From positions 434,001-498,000 of the forward strand of contig NIVC01000260.1 in the NCBI GenBank assembly GCA_002269645.1: a stretch of 64,000 nt of DNA, read 5' to 3'. This document shows positions 42,392 through 55,039 of this stretch, one piece after another. Numbering within the stretch: position 1 is the stretch's first letter; every line of letters begins with the position of its first letter. The position numbers and the translations under genes are program-made. This DNA is from Macrostomum lignano. Taxonomy: Eukaryota. Below the pieces are notes generated by a model that was not told the DNA's origin, ran no database searches, and saw only the letters and a list, made by a program, of their open reading frames with translations.

Positions 42392-42436
42392 GGCACATAC
42401 AGACAGACAGACAGACAGGCAGACAGACAGACAGAC

Positions 42437-42487
<51 letters not shown>

Positions 42488-42542
42488 GGCAGACAGACAG
42501 GCAGACAGGCAGACAGACAGGCAGACAGACAGACAGACAGGC

Positions 42543-42579
<37 letters not shown>

Positions 42580-42582
42580 GGC

Positions 42583-42619
<37 letters not shown>

Positions 42620-45600
42620 TAGACAGGCACAGACAGGCAGACAAACACCGACAGACACCTACAGACAGGCACAGACAGACACGGACAGGCACAGACAGGC
42701 ACAGATAGGCAGACACAGGCACAGATAGGCAGACACAGGCACCACAACAGAGCTCTGACTAACCGAGAACTGGATCGTCGGCGATCCCCAGCTTATCCAG
42801 CGAACCGGCGTCCATCACCTCCGTGCAGATGAACAGCCGGCCCCGCGACTGCTCAAAGAACGAGCACAGGTAGCTGATGATATTGTCGTGCCTGCAGTCG
42901 GCCAGCAGCTTCAGCTCCAGCATCAGCCGTTCGATCTCCGCCTCGTCTAAGCGGCCAGCATTGCCGCCCATGTTGCCGAGGGCGCACAGGTCGATGGACT
43001 TCAGAGCGACCGGCTTGTTGGTCACCCTGAGTGGCCGGGGGTGGGGGCTTAAGGACTGCTGATACTGTCTGCATTTTTGCTCCCCCATCTCCCTCTTGCC
43101 CATCTCTCACTCTCCCAGTCTCCCATCTTCCAGTCTCCCACTCTCCCATCTCCCAGTCTCCCATCTTATACTCTGCCATCTTCCAGTCTCCCATCTCCCA
43201 CTCTCCCATCTCCCAGTCTCCCATCTCCCACTCTCCCATCTTCCACTCTTCCACTTTCCCATCTCCCACTCTCCCATCTTCCACTCTCCCACTTTCCTAT
43301 TTCCTAGTCTCCCATCTTCCACTCTCCCAGTCTCCCATCTTCCACTCTCCCACTTTCCCATCTCCAATCTCTCACTTCCCATTTCCCATCTCCCAGTCTC
43401 TTATCTTCCACTCTGCCATCTCTCACTCTCGCATCTCCCAGTCTCCAACTCTCCCATCTTCCACTCTCCCATCTCTCACTCTCCCATCTTCCACTCTCCC
43501 ATCTCTCACTCTCCCATCTTCCACTCTCCCATCTCTCACTCTCCCATCTTCCACTCTCCCATCTCTCACTCTCCCATCTTCCACTCTCCTATCCTCCCAT
43601 TTCTCACTCTCCCATCTCTCAGTCTCCAACTCTCCTTCTCCCATTTCTCACTCTCCCATCTCTCAGTCTCCAACTCTCCTTCTCCCATTCTTTCACTCAC
43701 CCATCTCCCACTCTCCAATCCCCACTCTTCCTTCTCCCAGTCTCCCATTTCCTGTCTCTCAATCTTCTATCTCTCAGCTCCCAGTCTCCCATCTCCCAGT
43801 CTCTTATCTTCCACTCTGCCATCTCCTATCTCTCACTCTCGCATCTCCCAGTCTCCAACTCTCCCAACTCTCCCTCTCCCATTCTTTCACTCTCCTACTC
43901 TTGCATCTCCCACTCTCCACTCTCCCATCTCTCATCTCCCATCTACCACTCTCCCATCTCCCATCTCCCACTCTCCCATCTCCAATATCCCACTCTCCCA
44001 CTCTCCCATCTCCCACATCCCACTCTCCCATCTCCCACATCTCACTTTCCCATCTCCCACATCCCACTCTCCCATCTCCCACATCCCACTCTCCCATCTC
44101 CCACATCTCACTTTCCCATCTCCCACATCCCACTCTCCCATCTCCCACATTCCACTCTCCCATCTCCCACATCCCACTCTCCCATCTCCCACATCCCACT
44201 TTCCCATCTCCCACCGCTCACTTGCACATAGCCATGTACACGGTGCCAAACTGACCAAAGCCAAGGCAATTTCTTTCCTGACCGAAGTCAAAGTCATCCA
44301 AGCACCATTGTCTAGCGGCCAGGGCTTCCTCAGACTGGCCGGGTTCAGCCGCAGCTGCAGAACAGGCTGCTGCCGCTGAGGCTGGCTGACTTGGCATCTG
44401 CACGGAGCCAGCGCTGCCTCCTGCTTGACTGTAGAATTGAAACTGGCAGCAGCAGGGAGACGACGAGCTGCGAATGCTGGCGTAGGCGGACTCGCTTCGA
44501 ATGGCTGTTTGCATGCCCGAACTGCTGCAGGGTGGCATGCGGATGGATTATTGGGGCGATTATTGTGGCGATTATTGGGGCGATTATTGGGGCGATTATT
44601 GGGGCGATTATTGAGGCGATTATTGAAGCGATTATTTGGGCGATTATTGGGGCGATTATTGGGGCGATTATTGTGGTGATTATTGGGGCGACTATTGACG
44701 CGATTATTGGGGCGATTATTTGGGCGATTATTTGGGCGATAAATGGGGCGATTATTTGGGCAATTATTAGGGCGATTATTGGATCGGTTTTTGGGCGATT
44801 ATTGGGACGATTATTTGGGCGATTATTGGGGCGATTATTAAGGCGATTATTTGGGCGATTATTGGGGCGACCATTGTGGTGATTATTTAGGCGATTATTG
44901 GGGCGATTATTTGGGCGATAAATGGGGCGATTATTTGGGCAATTATTGGGGCGATTATTGGATCGGTTTTTGGGCGATTATTGGGACGATTATTTGGGCG
45001 ATTATTGAGGCGATTATTAAGGTGATTATTTGGGCGATTATTGGGGCGACTATTGTGGCGATTATTTAGGCGATTATTGGGGCGATTATTGAGGCCATTA
45101 TTTGGGCGATTATTGGGGCCGACTATTGCGGCGATTATTGCGGCGATTATTGGGGCGATTATTGCGGCGATTATTGTGGCGATTATTTTGGCAATTATTG
45201 TGGCGATTATTGTGGCGATTATTGGGGGGTTATTGGGGCGATTAATGTGGCGATTATTGGGGCGATTATTGTGGTCATTATTTTGGCGATTATTGGGGCG
45301 ATTATTGGGGCGATTATTGTGGTGATTATTGGGGCGACTACTGACGCGATTATTTGGGCGATTTTTTGTTGCGATTATTAGACCGGTTTTTTGGGCGATT
45401 ATTGGGACGATTATTTGGGCGATTTTTGGGGCAACTATTGAGGCGATTATTGGGGCGACTATTGTGGCGATTATTGGGGGGATTATTGTGGCGATTATTG
45501 AGGTGATTATTGGGGCGATTATTGGGGTGATTATTGGGGCGATTATAAGAGCGATTTTTAGGTTGATTATTGGCGACTTTTGGGCGATTTTTCAATTTGG

Positions 45601-46954
45601 GCGAAGCAATTTGTAGGGCGATTATCGGGGCGATTTTAGGGCGATTATTGTGGAGATCCAAGGCAATTATTGGGGCGATCCAAAGTGATTATTGACACGA
45701 TTTTTGGTCTCCAGCTCTGTCACTATACCTCTGTTACCTCGTCATTCACTTAAGTCAAGCCTGCAACTTGCAATCGCTGGATTCATCAAAAGTATGCCGG
45801 TGTCGGTAAAAGAGAAAATTTTTCAGGCCTCATTACATAGCGTAGGGTAGTCTCAGGCCATGAGTGTCGCCTAGAAGAGTCAATTTGAGTCGATTATTGG
45901 GGCGATATTGTCTGCTACTCTAAAACGACTCTGGGGACAATTTGCCAGACAAGCCTCGTATTTGGCATGCAAATGCTTGAGGTGTTTCAATCGAAACCAC
46001 ATCGCACCATTCTGTATACTAATCAGGTAATTATCAGTGTGCTTACACAGAATTCTCGGAGCACAACTGACACTGCCCATTGGACATTGTGGTGAGCAGT
46101 TCGGGTGCTAGGTTGGCACCGGCAACAGCGCAGGTCTGGCCAAGCCTAGTCAGAATGTCAGCACAAGCGGAGGTCAGCTCATCGAATTGCAGAGCTCTGG
46201 GCGCTAGCAGGGCGACCCCGCCGCACAGCCAGACAGTCACGTGATGCGGGAGACGGCCCCAGCGTTGCCGAGTCTGCGGCTGCTGATGCTGCTGCGTTTG
46301 GTGCAGCTTAACGAAACTTCGTAGTGTGGGAGAAGTCATTACATAGTTTAGTTATTAAAGCTATATTCTGTAAGCTTGGTATAAATCATAAATTACCTGT
46401 CTATCAGTGAGTCAAAAATCATAACTGCACATGTGCATCAGTCAGTCATAAATCATAATTTCACATGTCTATCAGTTAGTCATAAATCATAACTGCACCT
46501 ATCAGTCAGTCATAAATCATAACTGTACCTGCTCATCAGTCAGTCATAAATCAAAACTGCACCTGTGCATCAGTCAGTCATAAATCATAGTTCCACCTAT
46601 CAGCTAGTCAAAAATCATAAATCAGGTGCACTTGACTTATTTTATAGTGAGATTAGTGAAAAAAATTCACACTTACCTATGCCAATAGTAGACCTGCCTT
46701 AAATCTTCATCAGTTTTAACTGTCATTAAGTGACCTTCCTTGTCAATTAGTATCACACTTGGATTATTAGGTGGCAATGTAAAACCTATTACTGAACTCA
46801 ATAAATCAGCCAATTGCAACAGGCCAAAACTGTGAGGAATAAGTGCAATTGAGCTGTTGCAAGATGCTGAATAGAACTGAATTGACAGATGGTTTGGCAC
46901 TGATATATTGAATTGTAGTTTGTTCTCATCCAGAATTGTGAAGCTAAATGTCAT
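40038..46954 (-). CDS. MAP2K5: MAP2K5/MEK5-like kinase with N-terminal PB1 domain (449 aa in the simplest model)
   Basis: Exons 46954-46677, 44428-44222, 43026-42764, 42116-41675, 40197-40038 (1350 nt, phase-consistent). PB1-like [17 protein letters not shown]; GFGQFGTV; VALK; [11 protein letters not shown]; GLAYLW..IVHRDVK; DLG; YMSPER; DVWGLG. The N-terminal splicing is uncertain. Confidence 0.78.
40245..41570 (+). repeat. 26-bp CTAG-rich minisatellite TGATCTAATCTAGTGTCTAGTCTAGA in the last kinase intron
   Basis: About 50 units, three CTAG per unit. Confidence 0.96.
42141..42740 (+). repeat. (CAGA)n microsatellite in a kinase intron
   Basis: Direct reading. Confidence 0.97.
43083..44215 (+). 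repeat. Degenerate CT-rich repeat (CCACTCTCCCATCT) in a kinase intron
   Basis: Direct reading. Confidence 0.92.
44545..45700 (+). repeat. 12/13-bp minisatellite GGGGCGATTATT
   Basis: About 90 degenerate units. Confidence 0.95.
46047..46339 (-). CDS. Candidate alternative first (or internal) exon of the MEK5-like gene
   Basis: GC-rich open frame from ATG 46339 to a GTAAGC donor after 46047. Phase 2, compatible with acceptors at 44524/44521/44428. Confidence 0.45.
46380..46625 (+). repeat. Degenerate ~31-bp repeat ATCAGTCAGTCATAAATCATAACTGCACCT
   Basis: About 7 units. Confidence 0.8.
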
Positions 46955-48022
46955 GCCTAAAATGGGATTAATAGGGTATATTTATATTTAAAACAATAAA
47001 GCAAACAATAGGATAAAATTTAGACTACTATAGAAAGTTAGTCATAGTTTATTCAAAAATTAGCAATTTGTGTAAGTTAAAAAATTTAAAACATTTATTT
47101 ATATGCTTTGCAATATAGAATATAGTTGATTATATTTCTATGCAAACTTTTTTCTTCATATGGCATTTTAGCTTTAAAAATGTCCCATAAGCCTAGCTAA
47201 AACTATGAAAATAAAGCTTTTGCTTTTGATTTTTGATTTTATATAGAAATTCCATACTAGTGTGCCAAGGGCTTTTTTCAAGTGGATATTAATATATATT
47301 ATTAACAATAACAATAAAAGCAAGAACTAGAAGGTATTTAAAGAAATAAAAATAAAACAATGATAAAGCATCATTTTTAATTACCTTTAAAAACACAAAT
47401 AAAAACTTATTAATAATAGACACTCAATCTTCCATACATATTTAGTACCAAAGTAGGCCCTAACTTGTCACCAAAATAAATGTTTTTTAAAATGACTATT
47501 ACCAAACTGACTAATACTAAAGTATCTGGTTCCTACTATAAAGGCTTAGACTTTAATGAAAACTAAATATGGTAGGTTCTGGTTTTATTAATACTAATAT
47601 TAATAGTATACCTATGCATTATGAAGCCCTATTAGAGTACAAGTTTAGATCCTGCAAATAAGTGACACAGGTCAATAGTTAGGAAGATTTCAGAGCAAAA
47701 AAGGGTTGAACTTGAATGTGTGCTATATCAGTACATTCTGGTGCAATAGTAGAAAAAGAAAAATATCTAACATAGTAAAGTGTAGGGCTAACAAAAATAG
47801 TTCCAATTCATGGTGCAAATACAAATAAACTTATTCTAGTATTAGGCCCTAGCATACTATAGATAAGCACTATAGGCATAGGTTTATTTATAATTTATAA
47901 ATTATATGCATCATGCTTAGATGCTATAGATGTTTATCACAAAATTATAGCACCACAATAGCTTTTGCCAAGGTGCAATAGATAGCAGACTTTAACTTTT
48001 AAAATAAATTATAACTCTAAGA

Positions 48023-50032
48023 TAGGGACTCCAGTGAGATTTTGAAACTTTAAAATTTATATATTTTCAGATATGTATCTGATAGAGGACAATAACAGCA
48101 TCACAAAATAGCTTCACTTATTAAATTTGGTTGAGTAATAAAAAAGTTATAGCATTTTTTTTCCCCAAAAAATTACGTTTTTTAGATAGGAAAAATACAT
48201 TATAGATTGTTGCCATTAGATGTACGAAAACAAAATTTTTCACTTTTTATTGTCATATCTTTTTTGCTATTCAACATACAATATTGAGTCTGGTATCATT
48301 TTAAAGACCAAGCAGTTCTACATAAGATTAACAAATTGTTTTTATTCTTTCTAATGTATCTTTCTTGTGGTTTGCATTTGAATTTTTCAAAAGTGAAAAA
48401 TGCACATCAAAAATAGAGCAAAATTAAAATTTCAAATGACTATTATTTAAAAGTTAATTGCTTTTTCTGAAATCTTTTTTATTTGTTTACTCCACAACAT
48501 ATAAAAGTATATATATTTTTATACCATTTTTTCCTATATATTGACAAAGGTTAAAAAATTCACCAATTTTGTGACTTTTTTGCTACTGGAACTTGATAGC
48601 ATATCTTAAAATTGCACATTTTTCAACTTTGAATGATTATATTTTTTAGACTAATGAATATATATAAAGTTTGATTTGTTTTTTTAATGAAAAACATATG
48701 AAAATGTTTTTTTTGTGTACTTTAATTTATTTAAAAGCTCTTGTTCTTTTTTTCCAATATTATTGCTTGTTGAGTAGCTGCAACTAAAGACTGAAGTTAG
48801 CATATATTTAATGCTTATTGTCTTTACACACATAATGTATATTGTCTGCTTTGCTTTTTAACTGTAAAACATATAGGTAAATAATTGTTGATACTATTGT
48901 CTTGTATATTTTTTGATTGAGCCTATCCTTATTGTAAAATTGTATATTGTGAATAAAGTTACCGATGAACATTTATATCTGTAAACAAGTGTAAAGAAGT
49001 ATTTAAAAATAAATTGTACTTAAAATTGTATATTGTGAAGTTGCTTATTAAACTTACAAATGGAATAAACACAATTTCTTATGAAATTCAGTTCATTTTT
49101 ATGGGAGTTTGAATTGCAGACCAAGGTTACGTGCATTCAAGGGGTCACTTATTGGGATTGCAATTGCTATAGCTCAATAAGCTAAAGCATACATTTATTT
49201 GTATTATTTTGCCTTCAAAACTAATTTGCAATGGTAAAACATCTTCTTTTTGGTTAAGAAAAGCCATAATAAGCCACTTTTTATATAAGTAGTATGTAAG
49301 TAGTATTGCTACTAAAAAACTAACATTGCTGCTGCTCCTCGGCGGATGTATGTGGAAAGATATAAAAGTGCTGTGAAGAATTCCTATAAGTTCCTCTATT
49401 AAATGCAGTAGAAGAATAGTCTTCGGAAATTACTGCTAGAAAAAAATTTAAATTTTCTGTTTTATCCGTCTATTTTACACTGAAGAGATAGGCAAAAAAC
49501 AGGCTTCAATAACTTTTTGGCGGATGTAGATTGACATGTGCGGTTTTTTTAAATGTAATCATATTACGGAGTAGTATTCATTTCCGGGTTTTACTAAGCT
49601 TCGGAAATACGGGTACGATTTTTATTCAACTTTAATTTTTTTATACTGTCTAAATAGGGAGAAAATAAAAAAAATTCTTCTCAAAATGTCAAAAAATGTT
49701 TGTAAATATAGTTGTTTGTATCAATAAATAGTTATATTTTGTTAAAATAATTGCTTTCCAACAAAAAAACGAACTTTCGAAAGTCACTTTTTTTGGCAAC
49801 AAAACGAGTGTATTAAAAAAAAGACGAAGTTCAGTGGGACATTACTCGGCATAAAATGTATATATTTTTTGTTTCTTTATCTCATTAAAAAGAATAGAAA
49901 CTCTTCTTTAACATGTATATTTTGTTTTTACTGTAAACATTTTCTATGCTTGGCAATTTCATTTTAAAAAAACATTATTTTACGATTTTTCGTGTAATTA
50001 TCAGCTTTACAGTAACCTCACTGGAGTCCCTA
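48023..50032. mobile_element. 2.0-kb AT-rich non-autonomous TIR DNA transposon with 7-bp TSD
   Basis: Perfect 16-bp TIR TAGGGACTCCAGTGAG (48023-48038) / CTCACTGGAGTCCCTA (50017-50032). TCTAAGA flanks both sides (48016-48022, 50033-50039). Confidence 0.85.
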
Positions 50033-51172
50033 TCTAAGACAACAAATATTAAAATATTATTAAATTTAATAAAAGAAATGATTAATATATCTGAATGGGA
50101 AATACATATCATAGTCTCTACAACCAACTCCAAAAAGTTCTATGAAGACTTTTTGGAGTCTTAGTGTTGCTTTTAGGGTTGTTTGTGCCTATGTATACCC
50201 ACCAAAGCCAAAAAGCACATTTTGAAATCTCAATTTTTATTCATTGACATTATGTGGCATGGCATTGAATTTCAATTTGAATATATGCCAAAATTAAAAA
50301 AAATGAATAAAAATTTTAAGCAAGTTTAAACCAAGTTTCTTATTACTTACAGCCAATATGATATGTCAGTAGAACATTATGCCAACTATATGCCAACTTT
50401 CAATTACAAACCAGAACCCACATTGTCAGATATGATCTCTAGTCTATTGTATTGTAGATATATCATAGGTATTAGGGCCTAATAGATAAATTATAGAAAC
50501 AAAAAATACATAAATCAAAGCTTACCGTGATATTGAGTTCTTGATTAATGTAATTTAAGGTAACACGGGAAACTGTTAAATGATTTGAAAAAAAAATTAA
50601 ATTCTGCTAAATGAGAATGAATGCTAAAACTGCAACAGCAACCTATATTTATTAAAAGGATGAGACGTGATAAAATGTCTAGTTATATTTGCTTGCAAAG
50701 ATGCAAAAAAATTAAACCAAGACATTTCAAGACAGTTTATTTTATAACACAGTATCAGTATCAGTATTTAAGTTTCGGTTTTTCAGTTTCGTTTTGTGCA
50801 ACGAGTGACGCAATTTGCAAAGTTAATGTGTATCATGGAAAGTTGGCCTTTCAAAATGCCCACAAAAAGTTGGCGATGTAAACTTTAAACATAACGACAG
50901 TCGTTAGTTTGTACTAACAAGATACGGGAAGTCAAACCAAACTGAATAGATTTTGCAAGCTAACCTAAAAATAACAGCTTTTACGCAGTCGACTGTTTTG
51001 AATACTTTTTTGCAATGTAAAGGCGAGTTGAAAGTAAATTACTGGTTACTATATATAAATTTATCCCCATATGCATGATATGCGCTAAATCTAAAAGGTA
51101 TCATATGCTCATCAAAGGGCATGTACATGACAATGTCAAATGTACATGTAAATACAACGGGTTCAAAAACTA

Positions 51173-51469
51173 CGAGGGGTGTCCCAGAATTAGTGTCACG
51201 TTTGCTTGCTTCAATGTGTGTTTAACTCTGTGCTTGATCAGCTGTACTTGTGGCTGTCTTCTGAGCGAGCACTATGCGGTGTGTATTTCTATGGCTAAGG
51301 GTATGCGAACAAATGCATGCTGCTTACAGCAGGAAGCACTTATAAAGATCGGACTTTCGTGGCATGAAAGCTAAAATAAGCCGCTAACTTTTAAGGCATA
51401 TGATTTTTAAACACACATTAATACTTGTGGAAGCAAGCAAAAGTGACACTACTTCTGAGACACCCCTCG
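51173..51469. mobile_element. 297-bp Tc1/mariner-type MITE
   Basis: TA|CGAGGGGTGTCCCAGAATTAGTGTCACGTTTGCTTGCTTC ... GAAGCAAGCAAAAGTGACACTACTTCTGAGACACCCCTCG|TA; ~40-bp imperfect TIR, TA TSD. Confidence 0.9.
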
Positions 51470-52931
51470 TATTCTAGAAATTGTATAAAATGGAGCTGAC
51501 GGAGCTAACATTAAATCTACAGTAACTTTAAAATCGAAAGTCAAAAAAATTTATTGTGCGCGTAACTGTTCGCAGACTTCTTTTTATAAACCGACCGTTA
51601 TTAGCTTTGCGACCTTGAAGATGTTAAAGGCGGTCATTTCTTTTGTTTTAAACGTTTCGTTATATATATATTTAGACATAGAAGATATATATATAGATAC
51701 TATAGATATAAGCTGGAATAAGCAAGCTGTTTAGGTAACTAATAACAAAACGACTAGTCCATAAAAATAAGGAGATTTTATAACAATCGGAAATTTGAGT
51801 CCTTTTAAACTGGAAAACTGAAAACTTTGTTGGTCTGAAAATCAACTAATTATCGAAAAATCTGCTGATAAGCGGGATCTTAGATCTTAGATCTTAGACA
51901 ACTATTATTGAAATACTTTGACCTACTTTATATGAAGTAAACACGCTTGAAAATGATTGCGAAAACGCATATTTACTATATAGATTCTAGCATGGAAGCC
52001 TAAGAAACATTTTAATAAGTGTTGAACCAAAGCAGTAACCTAGTAAAATATTCAAACTTGTTTTAAAATGGACTGATAAAACGTGCGTCTATTTTATTGC
52101 ACTTGGGACATCAATATTGCACATCAACTGAACGCTCATAGCGTTATGGACTAGAAACAACGATTTGAACTTTTCTCATATAGATTACCACACTTTTAAA
52201 GACCTACTTGAAAGTAGCATTGGATTAGAACGAGTATAATGACAGAAAAAGCGAACAAGCAAATCATAAAGCAATTAGCATGTAGTAATGGTTCGACCGG
52301 CAATAATAATTAAGGATGACAAAAGAAACACAACTTAAGCGAATAAATAGGTATCAAGCTTGTTAAAGATATTAAATATTATAGAAATTAATGGACACAA
52401 ACAGTAGACAAACAAAAACTATATAAACGTGACCAATAGTTAATATAAGCTGTGACAATAATTTCCGCTTTTTATTCATTTTTACGCCATTGGGATTAGC
52501 AGAGTAAATAATAACAATCAGAATAATTAAGTTTTAATAACATTATACTGCGTGTTCGCAAGACTACTAGTAGTAGTTGCATACACTGCACTGTCATTTT
52601 AACTGTCTAACGGAAGTCATGCTGTCCCTTTTCTTAAATTAAATCTGATTCAAATTCGCGCCAAAATGGGACTTAGTTTAACAAAATGCTTTCGAACGCC
52701 TAATAAGGCAAGCAAGATAAGTGAGCACGTTCAAGGTTTAACAAATGCTTATAACTAGGCGTTCTTATGGCACGAATTTAAATTGGATTTAACATTTTAT
52801 TGAACGAACGAAACTGGGCATATTCATAATCGCAAAAACAGTCGAATAAGTTGAGAGTGCAGCGCCGGCCTTCTACTAAAAGACGTTCTTGAAGAGTTCT
52901 AAATTTTCAAACTACCACCAACGCAGTTTAG

Positions 52932-53348
52932 TTAAGCCGTATTAAGCTTCCTATAGGCACGGGTGCAGACCACGTCACCAGCCTTGACTGTGCACACCAT
53001 CTCGTTGTCGCCATCGCCCTGCAGCTTGCGTTCAATAACGGTCTCTGGCTCGCTGGCCTGCTTGTGCACCAGCTCGCCACCCTCGGTCATCGTCATCGTG
53101 CTCCGCACCTTCCTACCATCAATGGTGGTCTCTTCGAACTCTTTGTCCAACTCAAACGTGATCTCCGAGTTCTTAAACGTAGAGATGGTCTTCATAGTGC
53201 AGGTGCCGTCCTCGTTGCGCAAAAACTGCACATCCGGCTTGACCGTGTTGCCAACTTTGCGCAATACAAAGCCAACTCCGATTGCTTTCATGTAGGCGTC
53301 GAAATTCTCTGACGACTCCAGGCGCCAGGTACCGATGAACTTCTCCAT
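52932..53348 (-). CDS. Fatty acid-binding protein (FABP/iLBP family), no CDS introns, 138 aa
   Basis: FIGTWRLESSENFDAYMKAIGVG, KTISTFKN, FELDKEFEETTIDGRK, VVCTRAY. Confidence 0.95.
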   Translation of the reverse strand: MEKFIGTWRLESSENFDAYMKAIGVGFVLRKVGNTVKPDVQFLRNEDGTCTMKTISTFKNSEITFELDKEFEETTIDGRKVRSTMTMTEGGELVHKQASEPETVIERKLQGDGDNEMVCTVKAGDVVCTRAYRKLNTA

Positions 53349-53544
53349 TGATTAAGACTTGATAGTTTATTCTTTAATTGATTATAATTGTGGCGTGACA
53401 ACTATCAGGTCAACAAGTTAGTTAAACTGTAATAAAATGTTTTTAAAAAGGTTTTGTTAATAAAAAATTTACTGCGGGTGCTGTTTAGTTAAATTCCAGT
53501 CCGTCTTGACGTATAGCAAATGGACGGGACACTTTGCCTATCAA

Positions 53545-53552
53545 TATTTATA
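53545..53552 (-). promoter_or_regulatory. Candidate TATA box (TATAAATA) of the FABP gene
   Basis: Exact motif ~200 bp upstream of the ATG; a CCAAT sequence lies ~55 bp further upstream on the opposite strand. Confidence 0.45.
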
Positions 53553-54429
53553 CACGCTTCTCATTGTACGCTTCAGCGCAAAGCTGAATACACACTATTT
53601 GGTCTATCCAATGGAGGTTGGATATAGATACTATCATTGCAAGCCTCACTGTGAATAGAGACACAGAATGAAGAAAATCATGCTGACCAAGTTAGGTACG
53701 GATCAATGATAAATAAATGAGTCAAATGTCAGCACTCAGTGTAAACTTTATTAAGCATAGATACACAAAAATTAGTGCCTAAGACCTAAACAAAGCTTAA
53801 TTAATACAGATTTAAAGCTATCAATGTCTAATTCAATGAACTGAACAGAACTGATTATTAATAACTTTGAAATCAAAACTTGAAGTCCTACAAGACCCAA
53901 CAGGGATCCTTGTTGACTATAGCAACAGAGCTAGGCCTACAACCCTTCCCTAATTCAACGTGGATTATCTTCACAAGATCGAGATTTTAGTTGGCTAGTG
54001 TAACGTTTTGTGTTCTTAGGCCGTCATCCCGATCCATCCATACATCCACACTGTTATTTTAGCAGCTAAAATTAAAAAAAATAATTAAAACCAATACACT
54101 TAGCAACATGTGAGGAGGGCGATGCAATTCCGGGGTTTACATTATGTATTTCAATAATTTGGCAGTGCAGTCAATGATACAGACTAGAGCCATAGGGTTT
54201 TTATAGTCTCAAAAAATACCGGTACCTTGCTAATACCTGCTAAATAGCTATAGTGGCACATATTGTGAAATTGCTCTGGCTGGCAACCAAGTGTGCGCAA
54301 AACAGTCATTGCATTTCACATTTCACATTTCTGATTTATAACTTCAGTCTCTATTGCCAGTACAGCGCTAAAATTAGCTAACATCAATTAAAACTGGAAT
54401 ATGGGATTTCAAACATGTTATCCGATCCT

Positions 54430-54786
54430 TTTTTTTAGAGGCAGGGGGGTTGTGTGCACCCTGGCGCAATTTAAGCGTCATTGGCACACAACCGGCGAGA
54501 GGCATTACTGCCCATTCCGCCGACTCCCCTGAGCAGGCATACAAGCGCGCGGATACGTTACGCAGGCACACACTCACACAGGAGTGTACAGCGGCCCTAA
54601 CTTTATCGATTGTTAGGCATGTACACTTCACTGCGCCTTGGGGGGTTGGCTCTCAAGGCCGTTAATTGCACAAGCGAGCCAAGCCAAGATTCCAATCCAG
54701 CCCCAAATTAATGTGGCTGCACTTGGAATCGAGCCTGGGTCGCGGCACACCAGAGCAGCTGCGCTACCGCTGGGCTACGGCCCCCC
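54430..54786 (-). mobile_element. Full-length tRNA-derived SINE with poly(A) tail and TSD
   Basis: Starts GGGGGGCCGTAGCCCAGCGGTAG (A box), GGCTCGATTCC (B box), ends in an A-run. TCCGATCCT (plus strand) flanks both ends (54421-54429, 54792-54800). Confidence 0.88.
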
Positions 54787-55039
54787 TTTATTCCGATCCT
54801 ATAATTGGTGTCCAAAAAAGCGTTTAACTTCTAGATGGAAAACATTTACAGACTAACACAGGGTAGCAAATAGGCTATTTGTTATATGACAGGTATCTTG
54901 CTAAAAAATCAAGTGCTTCTTCTTCTGCTTCTGACGTAGCTGGAATCATACGAAAATCCCTGAGGTTTTCGGATTTTTCTTCTGCTGATTCCCAGAGCAG
55001 AATCATCCCGATCGAGTGCTTTTTGTTGAAAACGTTACC

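Noticed and set aside
54500-54580. HDV-like ribozyme in the SINE (GGCGGAATGGGC resembles J4/2-P2)
   Set aside because: I could not build a convincing P1/P1.1/P3 nested pseudoknot by hand.
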